Shown one piece after another: positions 1-8,757 of a DNA stretch of 32,000 nucleotides (position 1 is its first letter; each line of letters starts with the position of its first letter). Under the pieces are notes generated by a model. The model searched no databases and was not told where the DNA came from. It saw only the letters and a program-made list of their open reading frames with translations. The translations under genes and the position numbers were made by a program. This DNA is from Longivirga aurantiaca (GTDB lineage Bacteria; Actinomycetota; Actinomycetes; S36-B12; CAIYMF01), in the NCBI RefSeq assembly GCF_042660085.1, contig NZ_JBHSTI010000008.1:510001-542000 (forward strand). Reading direction: 5' to 3'.

Positions 1-236
1 ACCAGGCCGAGGCGGGCGTCGAGGCCGTCGAGCACCGGGCGGCCGTCCACGAGCGCGCGGCCGGCCGACGGGACGGCGAGGCCCGCGAGCAGTGCGAGCA
101 GGCTCGACTTGCCGCTCCCGGACGGGCCCGTGACGGCGAGCATCTCGCCGGCCTCCGCTCTCACCGAGACGTCGTCGAGCACGACGCGCCCGGCGGGCTC
201 GTAGCGCAGCGACTCGGCCGACACGATCCGGGTCAT
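1..236 (-). CDS. ABC transporter ATP-binding protein (N-terminal part, truncated by window edge)
   Basis: Reverse strand reads MTRIVSAESLRYEPAGRVVLDDVSVRAEAGEMLAVTGPSGSGKSSLLALLAG...; Walker A GPSGSGKSS. Its start overlaps the stop of the upstream ATPase gene. Confidence 0.9.
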   Translation of the reverse strand, partial: MTRIVSAESLRYEPAGRVVLDDVSVRAEAGEMLAVTGPSGSGKSSLLALLAGLAVPSAGRALVDGRPVLDGLDARLGL

Positions 237-1096
237 CGGCCCCCCTCGGTCTCGTCCTCGCGCACGAGCTCGACGCCGTCGGGCCGGCGTACGACGCGGA
301 CCCGCGATCCTGGCGGGAGCATGCGCAGAACGTCGTCCGGGAGCTGCACCCGGCCGTCGAGGTCGACGTCGACGTGCTGCTGCCAGTGCTGCGTCTCGTC
401 GTCGGCGCGGCCCTGGGTGATGGTGATGGTGCGGCCGAGCCGCTCGGCCACCTCGGGGTCGTGCGTCACCACGACGACCGTCGTGCCGAACTGCCGGCCC
501 ACCGCCGCGATGAGCTCGACGACGGCGTCGCGGTTGGCCTTGTCGAGCTGCGAGGTCGGCTCGTCGACGAGCAGCAGCCCGGGCGACGTCGCCATGCCCA
601 TCGCGACGGCGAGCCGCTGCTGCTCGCCGCCGGAGAACCCGCCGACCGCACGGCCGGCGAGGTGCGTGAGCCCGAGGGCGTGCAGGAGCACCGCGGGCGT
701 CGGGAGCGAGGCGCGGCGGAAACCGCGAACGCCCCGCTGGGCGAACCGCACGTTGTCCTCGGCCGTGCCGTACGGCAGCAGGTTGCGCGAGGGGTCCTGC
801 ACGACGACGCCGAGCCTGTGCGCGCGCAGCATGAGCAGCTCGCGCTCGGACATCGCCGTCATCTCGTCGCCGCCGACCCACACCTGGCCGGACGTCGGCG
901 CGAGCAGCCCCGCGATCACCGCGAGGAGCGTGGACTTGCCGGAGCCCGACGGGCCGAGCACGGCGATCGTCTCGCCGGCGCGGACTGTGAGCGTGACGTC
1001 CTGCAGCGCGACCGTGTCGCCGGTCGGCGTGCTGTAGACGTGCCCGACGCGCTCGCAGTGCAGCGACAGGCCGGTCTCGAGCGTGGTCGTCGTCAT
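233..1096 (-). CDS. ABC transporter ATP-binding protein (MacB/LolD-like)
   Basis: MTTTTLETGLSLHCERVGHVYSTPTGDTVALQDVTLTVRAGETIAVLGPSGSGKSTLLAVIAG...FSGGEQQRLAVAMGMATSPGLLLVDEPTSQLD; Walker A, signature and Walker B all present. ATG at 1096; the longer tracked ORF is an artefactual upstream extension. Confidence 0.94.
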   Translation of the reverse strand: MTTTTLETGLSLHCERVGHVYSTPTGDTVALQDVTLTVRAGETIAVLGPSGSGKSTLLAVIAGLLAPTSGQVWVGGDEMTAMSERELLMLRAHRLGVVVQDPSRNLLPYGTAEDNVRFAQRGVRGFRRASLPTPAVLLHALGLTHLAGRAVGGFSGGEQQRLAVAMGMATSPGLLLVDEPTSQLDKANRDAVVELIAAVGRQFGTTVVVVTHDPEVAERLGRTITITQGRADDETQHWQQHVDVDLDGRVQLPDDVLRMLPPGSRVRVVRRPDGVELVREDETEGGR

Positions 1097-4000
1097 GCCG
1101 CCACCTCCCGCAGCCGCTCGGGCACAGCCTGGCGCAGCAGCGCGATGCCGCCGACGACGGCGGTCAGCAGCAGCAGTGCAGCGGTGACGACGGTGAAGAG
1201 GAGCACCGCAGCCGTCTGGATGTCGACGGTCAGCGGCAGCAGCGTGGCCGAGGACGTCTGCGGCAGCAGCGGCAGCGCGAGGCGCGCGACCACGAGGCCG
1301 ACCGGCACGCCGACGGCGAGGCCCGTGCCCAGAAGCAGCGCCTGCTCGAGCACGCACCCGCGCAGCAGGGACCGGCGAGGTACGCCGACCGCGCGCAGCG
1401 CGGCCAGCTCGTACGACCGGCGGCGCCCCGTGACCGCGACGCTGATCGCGAGCGCGCCCGCTGCGAGCAGGGATCCGACCACAGCGCAGACGAGCAGCAG
1501 CCTCAGGGCGAGCGCCGGCCCCTCGCGGTCGAGCTGGTCGAGGCGCTCGGCCTGGGTCCGGACGCCGTCGACCGTGATGCCGGCGGCGGTGAGCCGCTCG
1601 ATCGCGTCGGGCGGGGCGTCGGGCCCCAGCCACACGGCCCAGTTCGCGTCGTCGGCGAGCTGCTGCGCGGACCGCGTCAGCGCCTGCAGCCCGGTGATGG
1701 ATCCGCGGCTGCCGACGAACGGGAGGATCGTGTTCGCCCCCGCCGAGACGGCCTGCACGTCGCGGCCGTTTCCGTCGACGAACCGCAGCTCGGCGCCGGT
1801 GGGCGCGATCGTCTCGGCCGTCACGAGCGGGAGGGGGGACGGCACCTCGGCGTACTGGAGCCACGGCGACACGTAGGCGGGCAGCTCGGCGGTGTACCGC
1901 AGGCCGGAGCCGGCGAAGGCGAGCGTGCCCGTTGGATCGCCGGTGTACGCCGTGACCCGCCAGGTGCCGGGCGTGCCGAAGCCGGCGTCGAGGTCCTGCC
2001 AGCTCGAGCCGTCACCCTGCTGCACCGAGACGATGGTGAGGTCGAGGGACGACGTGGCGGCGTCGCGCGCGCGGTCGAGGGCGATGCCGTTGAGCGTGCA
2101 CTTCTGCTCGTCGCACGGCACCTCGACCTCGTAGTCGTGGGTGCCCTCGCGCAGCGGCGAGCTCAGCGTGAAGGTCGGCACGTCGGTGGTGCCGCGATAG
2201 GCGACCAGCACCTTGGTGGAGGCGCTCTGCACCGGCCCGGACGTGATCCGCACGCGCACGCGGGTGCCGGTGATCGCGACCGGGTCGGGCAGGACGGGCG
2301 AGATGAGCGCGGCGGCGTCGGCTGCCGAGATGGGGCCGTACTCGTCCGACCACGCGGCCACGGCCGCGAGGCGTTCGGGCTGCACCGCCAGCAGGCGCCC
2401 GGACAGGCCGCCGGAGGGGATCCAGTCGGCCACCGCCATGGCCCAGCGGCCCTCGGGGTCGGCCTGCTCCACGGCCTGCACGAGGTCGCGCTGCGGGTCG
2501 AGCTGGACGGCCACCGAGGTCCGCGCACCGACGTCCGCGCCCGCGCGCACCTCACGGCCCGCGGCGGCCGCGGCCGAGGCGTCGACGGCGAACGTCGCGA
2601 GGCCGAGCGTGACGGCGAGCAGCGCCGCGAGCCGCAGCCCGGCGGGGCGGCGTACGGCCTGGCGCGAGCCGAGGAACAGCCCGAGGCGCGAGGAGGCGCG
2701 CGTGCCCCGGACGAGCGCGCCGAGGACGGGCCGGGCCAGGCGCACCAGGAGCAGCCCGGCGGCGATGACGAGCAGGCCGGGGGCGAGCCAGCCCAGGGCG
2801 GCTGAGGCGCTGCTCTCGTCGGACGGCGATCGGGTGGCCAGGACGACGAACCCGCCGAGGGCCACGATCGCGAGCACGACGTCGACGACGACCCCGCGTC
2901 GGCTGCCACCGGACTCGGTGGTCTGGGACCACTGCTCGAGGACGGGGCGGGTGAACATGCGCCGCGAGGCGAGGACCGCGGCGGCGAGACCGCCGAGGAA
3001 CGCGAGGCCCACCGCCATCAGCGTGCCGGGCGTGATGACGACGGGCACGTCGGCTGCCAGCACGGCCTTGGCGAGCACGGTGACGAACCCGTACGCGAGG
3101 AGAAGGCCGATCGGTGCGGCGAGCAGCAGGAGCACGATCGGCTCCCGCAGCGCGACCGCTGCCACTGCGCGAGGCGGGAGGCCGCGCAGCTTCGCCAGCG
3201 CGACCTCGCTGCCGCGCGCCTCGCTCGTGTCGGTGACGACCAGGTAGAGCAGGAGCCAGGCGAGCAGTGCGAGCTGCGCGGTCACGATGCCGGCGGCGAG
3301 GGCCGTGGTGGCGCGCTCCGCCTCGAAGGCGTCGAGCACCGAGAGGACGTTGGTCGTCGGCTTCGGGCCGTCGCTCTCCGGGCCGAGGTAGCCCTCCACC
3401 GCCGTGCGCAGTGCGGGCACGTCCGCGACCCGCAGCTCCCGCGGCTCGGACAGGATCAGGTCGGCGGCGATGGTGCCGGGGGTCGGGTGCACGAGCGTGG
3501 GGAAGAGGTCCTTCGACACGAACACCGAGTCGACGGTGTTCGGGCCGTCGCCGTTCGGGTAGAACGAGAAGTAGATGCGTCCGGCCCAGAAGGGGTCGGC
3601 CGTGGAGGCGGGCCGGTAGGTGCCCACGACGGTGACCACGGCCGGGGTGGTCGCGATGTCGGAGCCGGTCGCGGTGTTGTCGTACTGACGCAGCTCGTCG
3701 AGCGTGACCTTTGTGCCCACCACCCACCCGACCGACTCCGCCGCGCGCGCGCTGACGACCGCCTCGTTCGTGCCGTCGCCGCACCGGCCGTCGACGATCA
3801 CGAGGTGGTCGCACACGCCGTCGCGCCAGACAGCCTTGGTCTTGGCGGCGAGACCCTCGGCCGGGGTGCCCGTGGTCTCGACGACGGTCTCCGCCACCGG
3901 CGGGCCGTAGCCCGGCACGGTGCCGCGCTCGTTCTGCGAGTCGACCACGACCGAGACCGACGCAGGGTAGGAGACGTCGGTCTTCAGGTAGAAGGCGATC

Positions 4001-4179
4001 GTGGTGTCGGCGGTGTCCGCCTGGATGAGGCGGTCCTGCAGCACCGACTCGGCGGCGGCAGCGGAGAACAGCGGGCCGAGCGCCGCGGCCGCAACGGTGA
4101 GTGCTCCCGCGACCAGCACGACGAGGGAGCCACCGCGCCGCCACCGGAACGCGCGCAGCGCGAGCCGCAGCTGGTTCAC
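1093..4179 (-). CDS. FtsX-like ABC transporter permease, 1028 aa
   Basis: Long hydrophobic ORF with FtsX-type segments (LAVTLGLATFAVDASAAAAAGREV; SYELAALRAVGVPRRSLLRGCVLEQALLLGTGLAVGVPVGLVV); 4-nt overlap with the downstream ATPase gene. Confidence 0.9.
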   Translation of the reverse strand: MNQLRLALRAFRWRRGGSLVVLVAGALTVAAAALGPLFSAAAAESVLQDRLIQADTADTTIAFYLKTDVSYPASVSVVVDSQNERGTVPGYGPPVAETVVETTGTPAEGLAAKTKAVWRDGVCDHLVIVDGRCGDGTNEAVVSARAAESVGWVVGTKVTLDELRQYDNTATGSDIATTPAVVTVVGTYRPASTADPFWAGRIYFSFYPNGDGPNTVDSVFVSKDLFPTLVHPTPGTIAADLILSEPRELRVADVPALRTAVEGYLGPESDGPKPTTNVLSVLDAFEAERATTALAAGIVTAQLALLAWLLLYLVVTDTSEARGSEVALAKLRGLPPRAVAAVALREPIVLLLLAAPIGLLLAYGFVTVLAKAVLAADVPVVITPGTLMAVGLAFLGGLAAAVLASRRMFTRPVLEQWSQTTESGGSRRGVVVDVVLAIVALGGFVVLATRSPSDESSASAALGWLAPGLLVIAAGLLLVRLARPVLGALVRGTRASSRLGLFLGSRQAVRRPAGLRLAALLAVTLGLATFAVDASAAAAAGREVRAGADVGARTSVAVQLDPQRDLVQAVEQADPEGRWAMAVADWIPSGGLSGRLLAVQPERLAAVAAWSDEYGPISAADAAALISPVLPDPVAITGTRVRVRITSGPVQSASTKVLVAYRGTTDVPTFTLSSPLREGTHDYEVEVPCDEQKCTLNGIALDRARDAATSSLDLTIVSVQQGDGSSWQDLDAGFGTPGTWRVTAYTGDPTGTLAFAGSGLRYTAELPAYVSPWLQYAEVPSPLPLVTAETIAPTGAELRFVDGNGRDVQAVSAGANTILPFVGSRGSITGLQALTRSAQQLADDANWAVWLGPDAPPDAIERLTAAGITVDGVRTQAERLDQLDREGPALALRLLLVCAVVGSLLAAGALAISVAVTGRRRSYELAALRAVGVPRRSLLRGCVLEQALLLGTGLAVGVPVGLVVARLALPLLPQTSSATLLPLTVDIQTAAVLLFTVVTAALLLLTAVVGGIALLRQAVPERLREVAA

Positions 4180-4197
4180 GCGCCCCCTTCCGCATCG

Positions 4198-4215
4198 ACC
4201 GGCACCGGTGCCGGT
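4198..4215. promoter_or_regulatory. 18-bp perfect palindrome ACCGGCACCGGTGCCGGT upstream of the ABC operon
   Basis: Sequence equals its own reverse complement; lies about 18 nt before the GTG start and about 10 bp downstream of a -10-like TAGGGT on the minus strand (complement of 4226-4231). Confidence 0.5.
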
Positions 4216-4260
4216 GCGGTCTCCGACCCTAACCGCAGCCCCGGCCGGATCCCGACGCCG

Positions 4261-4776
4261 TTACCGGACGGTGCCCGTGGGCCGCCGGCCGGTGCGCAGG
4301 GCGGTGGGCAGCACGAGCCACATGATCAGTGCGCCGCCGGCCGTGATCCCCGCGAACCAGGCGGCGACGCTCCCGCCCGCCGCCACCCACGCCGCGAGGG
4401 TGACCGAGCCGGTCACCGCGAAGGCGAGCGCGACCATGCCCACGAGGGTCAGGACGTGCGTCGCCCGCACGAGCCGCGGCTTCTGGCCGCGGCCGAAGAG
4501 GAACCGGTGGATCACGATCGGTGCCATGAGGCAGAGCATCGCGACGGTGCTGGCGGCGATGCTGACGAGGTAGAGGTCCTTCTGCGACGCCGACAGCGAC
4601 CCGAACGGCTGCGTGAACGCGATGGTCAGCTGGAACCCGAGCAGCAGCTGCACGCCGGTCTGCGCGACGCGCATCTCCTGCAGCTGCTCGCCGTAGTTGC
4701 GGTCGGCCCGTTCGGCTTCGGTCTCGTCGCGCGTCGGCGTGGACCTGCGGTGGTCGTCGAGTCGCGCGTCGTCCAT
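4261..4776 (-). CDS. DUF6328-like integral membrane protein, 171 aa
   Basis: MDDARLDDHRRSTPTRDETEAERADRNYGEQLQEMRVAQTGVQLLLGFQLTIAFTQPFGSLSASQKDLYLVSIAASTVAMLCLMAPIVIHR; four predicted hydrophobic helices. The tracked ORF begins 45 aa upstream with low-complexity Arg-rich sequence. Confidence 0.75.
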   Translation of the reverse strand: MDDARLDDHRRSTPTRDETEAERADRNYGEQLQEMRVAQTGVQLLLGFQLTIAFTQPFGSLSASQKDLYLVSIAASTVAMLCLMAPIVIHRFLFGRGQKPRLVRATHVLTLVGMVALAFAVTGSVTLAAWVAAGGSVAAWFAGITAGGALIMWLVLPTALRTGRRPTGTVR

Positions 4777-5054
4777 CGAGCCGCCTCCGGTCACGTGTGC
4801 CCGCCCCGTACCCGGAAGCCGGCGCGCCGAAACGACTCCGCCGTACCCACTTGGCCAGGAGCGTGGCTCCGCAGGAAATCGCGCTTTCGCCCGAGGCCAC
4901 GGCGGTATCACACTGAGGTCTGTGAGGTCTGTGCGCGCCTCGGCTCCGCCGAGGCTGGGAGGCGTGCGGCGGATGGGAGGGCCCGGGCCACGCCAGCGGA
5001 CGCCAGCCGGCGTCGATCGCTGTCACGGGGGGTCGCTCGCGGAGGAGCTGGGTC

Positions 5055-5198
5055 ATGAAGGACCTTCGATGCCTGTTCGGGATGCATGACAACAACGTCC
5101 GGACCAACGACCTGGGCGACCGGTACCTCGTCTGCTCGAGGTGCAGCAAGGAGACCTACCCCAACGGCATCGCGGGCGGCGGCATCGTTCCGTACTGA
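5055..5198 (+). CDS. Small CxxC (putative zinc-ribbon-like) protein, 47 aa
   Basis: Not in the supplied track. MKDLRCLFGMHDNNVRTNDLGDRYLVCSRCSKETYPNGIAGGGIVPY*; strong RBS GGAGGAG about 9 nt upstream of the ATG. Confidence 0.7.
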   Translation: MKDLRCLFGMHDNNVRTNDLGDRYLVCSRCSKETYPNGIAGGGIVPY

Positions 5199-5233
5199 TC
5201 CCGCCCAGCCGCCATGGACGGCACACTGGCCGC

Positions 5234-6016
5234 GTGACCCACCTGCTGCGCCTCGTCGAGGTGACCTCCGGCGTGTGGGTGGCCCAGTCGCGTCGCTACG
5301 CCACCAACTCCACCGTGCTGCTCGACGGGCACGGCGGTGCCCTCGTCATCGACCCGTCATGGGACCCGGACGAGCTGGCCGCGATCCCGGCCGACCTCGC
5401 GTCCCTGGGTGTCCGGTGCGTCGCGGGCCTGTCGACCCACGTGCACTACGACCACGTGATGTGGCACCCGGACCTCGGCGACGTGCCGCGCTGGGCGACA
5501 CCGGGCACCATCGCGATGGTCGACGCCGATCGCGACGGAGTCGTGGCACCGCTGCGCGGCGACCTGCCCGACGACCTGGTCGACCTGGCTGCTCGTGACC
5601 TCCGCCCCATCGACGGGGAGCTGCTGGAGTGGACCGGACCGACGGCAGTCGTGCACGTCCACCATGCGCACGCGCCGCATCACCTGGCGCTCGAGCTGCC
5701 GGACCTCGGACTGCTCGTGGCTGGAGACATGCTCAGCGACATCGAGCTGCCCATGCCCGACAAGGACGACACGGACCTCGCGAACTACCTCGGTGGGTTG
5801 GAGCGCCTGCGCGGTTCGGTGTCGCGCTCGCACCTGCTGGTCCCCGGCCACGGCTCTGTGAGCAGCCGTCCGATGGAGCGCTACGACGCCGATGCCCGCT
5901 ACCTCGACGCCGTCGTGCGCCTCGGCGCCAGCGACGACACGCGCATCGCGGACATGGCCGATCTCCACGCAGCGAACCTCGAGAGAGCGGCGAACAGGAT
6001 GCGTACCCGCGGGTAA
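5234..6016 (+). CDS. MBL-fold metallo-hydrolase
   Basis: GTG start; THVHYDHVMWHPD (HxHxDH), GDMLSDIELP, LVPGHGSV motifs. Confidence 0.9.
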   Translation: MTHLLRLVEVTSGVWVAQSRRYATNSTVLLDGHGGALVIDPSWDPDELAAIPADLASLGVRCVAGLSTHVHYDHVMWHPDLGDVPRWATPGTIAMVDADRDGVVAPLRGDLPDDLVDLAARDLRPIDGELLEWTGPTAVVHVHHAHAPHHLALELPDLGLLVAGDMLSDIELPMPDKDDTDLANYLGGLERLRGSVSRSHLLVPGHGSVSSRPMERYDADARYLDAVVRLGASDDTRIADMADLHAANLERAANRMRTRG

Positions 6017-6105
6017 TAACGGGTGTCTCGTGCGCCACAATGTAGTTGAAGGCAGGATATCTGAGCGCCACAGGTTCACTCTTCTCTTGAGAGCGCTCGG
6101 AAGAA

Positions 6106-6155
6106 CTCCCGGCCCTCACCCAGAAGGTCCGGTCGGGAGGGCGCCCTCACAGGGC
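6106..6155 (+). promoter_or_regulatory. Tandem small hairpins in the leader of the DoxX-family gene
   Basis: CTCCCGGCC (6106-6114) / GGTCGGGAG (6131-6139, one G:T pair), followed by GCCCT-cac-AGGGC (6143-6155). Confidence 0.3.
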
Positions 6156-6198
6156 AACGGCCCGACGACCTCGGGACCGTGACTGCAGGGGAGTTCCC

Positions 6199-6777
6199 AT
6201 GTCCGCCACGATCGAGCGGCCAAGCGTCGAGGCCGCAGACCAGATCACCAGCACGTCCGCACAGAAGTGGGCCGCTGTCGTCCGAATCCTCCTGGGCTTC
6301 ACCTTCCTGTGGGCCTTCCTGGACAAGGCGTTCGGCCTGGGCTACGCCACCGAGAAGGCGTGGCTGTTCGGCGCCGGAGAGGGCAGCCCGACCACTGGGT
6401 TCCTGAAGTTCGGCGTCAACCCTGAGGGCCCGATGGCCAGCTTCTTCAACGGGCTCGCGCCGAGCTCGCCGGCAGGGTTCATGAACTGGCTGTTCATGCT
6501 CGCGCTGCTCGGTGCAGGCGTCGGCCTCATCCTCGGCCTGGCCATGCGCATCACCAGCATCGGCTCCGCCATCCTGCTCATGAGCATGTGGCTCGCGCTC
6601 GCACCGTGGGCGAAGATCACGCTCGAGGACGGGACCATCGAGGCCTCGAACAACCCGATCGTCGACGACCACATCATCTACTCCGCGACGCTGATCCTGC
6701 TCATGCTGGTCGGCGCCGGTCGCTACTGGGGTCTGGGCCGCTGGTGGGAGAGCCACACCCCGACCTGGCTGCACTGA
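6199..6777 (+). CDS. DoxX family membrane protein, 192 aa
   Basis: VVRILLGFTFLWAFLDKAFGLGYATEKAWLFGAGEGSPTTGFL... with typical DoxX-family transmembrane layout; RBS GGGGAG before the ATG. Confidence 0.8.
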   Translation: MSATIERPSVEAADQITSTSAQKWAAVVRILLGFTFLWAFLDKAFGLGYATEKAWLFGAGEGSPTTGFLKFGVNPEGPMASFFNGLAPSSPAGFMNWLFMLALLGAGVGLILGLAMRITSIGSAILLMSMWLALAPWAKITLEDGTIEASNNPIVDDHIIYSATLILLMLVGAGRYWGLGRWWESHTPTWLH

Positions 6778-6811
6778 TCGGCTGAGGGCGCAGCGCCCTC
6801 GACACCGAAGC

Positions 6812-6848
6812 ACCGCCCCGGACGCCGCCTTCGCAGCGCCGGGGCGGT
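6812..6848. terminator. Stem-loop terminator candidate
   Basis: Perfect 10-bp arms ACCGCCCCGG (6812-6821) / CCGGGGCGGT (6839-6848), 17-nt loop, just downstream of the DoxX-family gene. Confidence 0.65.
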
Positions 6849-7099
6849 CGCCTGTCTGCCCGGGGGTGGTCGGCGCCTCCCCCTCCCAGGCAGCCGTCGG
6901 TGGTGACACGCACACGTCCGAGGACGACGTCGCTGAGTTCAAGTGCCGCCGTTGCGGGGAGTGACGCCGCTCGTCGTCCTCGTCGGGTAGTGCCGTTCAC
7001 CCTCAGGGGTGCGCCGTCCACTGCTCCCTTCTCGCTCCATGCTGGATGTGCCGGACGACCGGGGGCTCCTGCGCCGCCGACGTGCACGGGGTCCCGCCG

Positions 7100-7549
7100 A
7101 TGGACTGGACCGCGTTCCGGTCGACCCCGGCGTTCGGCTACCTGATCGTCGGGCTCGTGATCCTGTACGCGGGGGCCCGGGAGGTCGCCCCGGGCGACCT
7201 GCCCTCCATCGCCCTGGCACTCGAGCTCGCGACCACCGTGTGCACCCGCGGTGTGGATCTGGTCATCGGCCCGGTCCTGCCGTCCGCGTTGACCGCCGCC
7301 GGCCTCACACTGCCATCCGGTGTCGAGCACCGCGACGGCGACGATGATCTGGAGACGTGGACCGGCGCAGCCATCAGCCCCGGCGACTTCCTGGTGGTCC
7401 CCTTCGACGGCACCTCCATCGGTGCCGCCGCCGACCGGGTCGACCGCTCGCTGCGATCGCTGCTCGCCGTCAACCACAACCCCGAGACCGCGGCTGCCCT
7501 GGCCCTGAGTCCCATGAACCTGCCCGTGGGCCGGTCGCTGGGTGCCTGA
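7100..7549 (+). CDS. Hypothetical protein with N-terminal hydrophobic helix, 149 aa
   Basis: MDWTAFRSTPAFGYLIVGLVILYAGAREVAPGDLPSIALALELATTVCTRGVDLV...; the ATG at 7100 is more plausible than the tracked upstream start at 7046. Confidence 0.5.
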   Translation: MDWTAFRSTPAFGYLIVGLVILYAGAREVAPGDLPSIALALELATTVCTRGVDLVIGPVLPSALTAAGLTLPSGVEHRDGDDDLETWTGAAISPGDFLVVPFDGTSIGAAADRVDRSLRSLLAVNHNPETAAALALSPMNLPVGRSLGA

Positions 7550-7564
7550 CCAGGCTGAACCCGG

Positions 7565-8581
7565 TCACTGGCTCTCGGGCACCGCACAGGTCGTACCGCC
7601 CGCCGGGCAGAGCCGGGTGCCGCCGACGACGAGACGCACGACCAGGTCCTCGAGGCCGAAGCCCGCGTCGTTGAGGGCGACGCGGAGGCTGTCGACCTCC
7701 ACCTCGGGCGGCGGACCGAGCGCCGTGACGATGATCTGGCGGTTCACGACCTGCACCGTGGTGACCTGCCACCCGGCCTTGTCGGCCCACTTCTGCGCGA
7801 TGGGGGTGGCGTCGCGCTGGGCGAGCTGGTCGTAGGCGACGTTGAGCGAGCCGATGCCGAGCGGCACCAGCACCACCACGATGAGGGCGCAGATCACGGC
7901 GATGGTCCCCTTGCCGAGCCCGCCGTGGACCTGTCCGGACTGCTTGGCGATCTCGCGCACCTTGTAGAGCACCAGCACGATCGTGCCCGTCGCGATGATC
8001 GCGGCGACGTTGGTGCCGAACAGCAGCAGCGCCTGCGCGGCGTCGGTCAAACGGCCGACCTGCAGGAGCAGCCCCACGACCGCGAGCGGCGGCACGAGCG
8101 AGATCGCGATCGCGACACCGGGTAGCGCGTCGCTGATGTCGCGGCGTACAAGGGCGAACGCACCGACGGTGCCTGTCGCGAGCGCCGCCATGAGGTCGAT
8201 GAGGCGCGGGCTGATGCGCCCGGCCACCTGCGAGTTGGTGCGGTAGTCGTCGACGTTGAACCCGATCGCGCCGATCAGCCAGGCCAGCGCGACCACCACG
8301 AGGGCGCCCCCGACGACGTAGGCGACGCTGCGCAGGAGCGCAGGGCGGTCGCCCAGGACCGTGGCCAGCGCGATGCCGAGGATCGGCGTCATGAGCGGCG
8401 CCACGATCATGGCGCCGATGACCGATGCCGTGCTGTCGGCGATCACGCCTGCCGTAGCGATGATGGTCGCGAGGACGAGCAGCACCCAGAACTTGCTGGC
8501 TGACGGGCTCTTCCACGACTTCTCGATGAACAGCGCATCGGTCATGCGTGTGACGTCGTCAGCCCTCACCGGTGTCGGCAT
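7565..8581 (-). CDS. DUF389 (TIGR00341-type) integral membrane protein, 338 aa
   Basis: STASVIGAMIVAPLMTPILGIALATVLGD...GVAIAISLVPPLAVVGLLL...ALLLFGTNVAAIIATGTIVL. ATG at 8581 has a good RBS (GGGAGGGACG); the tracked start is 8611. Confidence 0.88.
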   Translation of the reverse strand: MPTPVRADDVTRMTDALFIEKSWKSPSASKFWVLLVLATIIATAGVIADSTASVIGAMIVAPLMTPILGIALATVLGDRPALLRSVAYVVGGALVVVALAWLIGAIGFNVDDYRTNSQVAGRISPRLIDLMAALATGTVGAFALVRRDISDALPGVAIAISLVPPLAVVGLLLQVGRLTDAAQALLLFGTNVAAIIATGTIVLVLYKVREIAKQSGQVHGGLGKGTIAVICALIVVVLVPLGIGSLNVAYDQLAQRDATPIAQKWADKAGWQVTTVQVVNRQIIVTALGPPPEVEVDSLRVALNDAGFGLEDLVVRLVVGGTRLCPAGGTTCAVPESQ

Positions 8582-8757
8582 GGTCGTCCCTCCCAGGTCG
8601 TCGGCGCCCATGCTCCCGCCCCGGGGTGCGTTCGTGGTGGTGAAACTCGCTGCGGGGAGCGACTTTCGTCATCCAGATCAGGTCGTGGCCCGGTGCGTGT
8701 CAACCTCGGAGCGGCTCGGACGTCCTATCCCTGACGTTCGAGCCGGAAGGGGCTGCC

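Noticed and set aside
4914-4931. TGAGGTCTG x2 tandem 9-mer upstream of the DUF6328-like gene
   Set aside because: Only two units and no further structure; likely chance.
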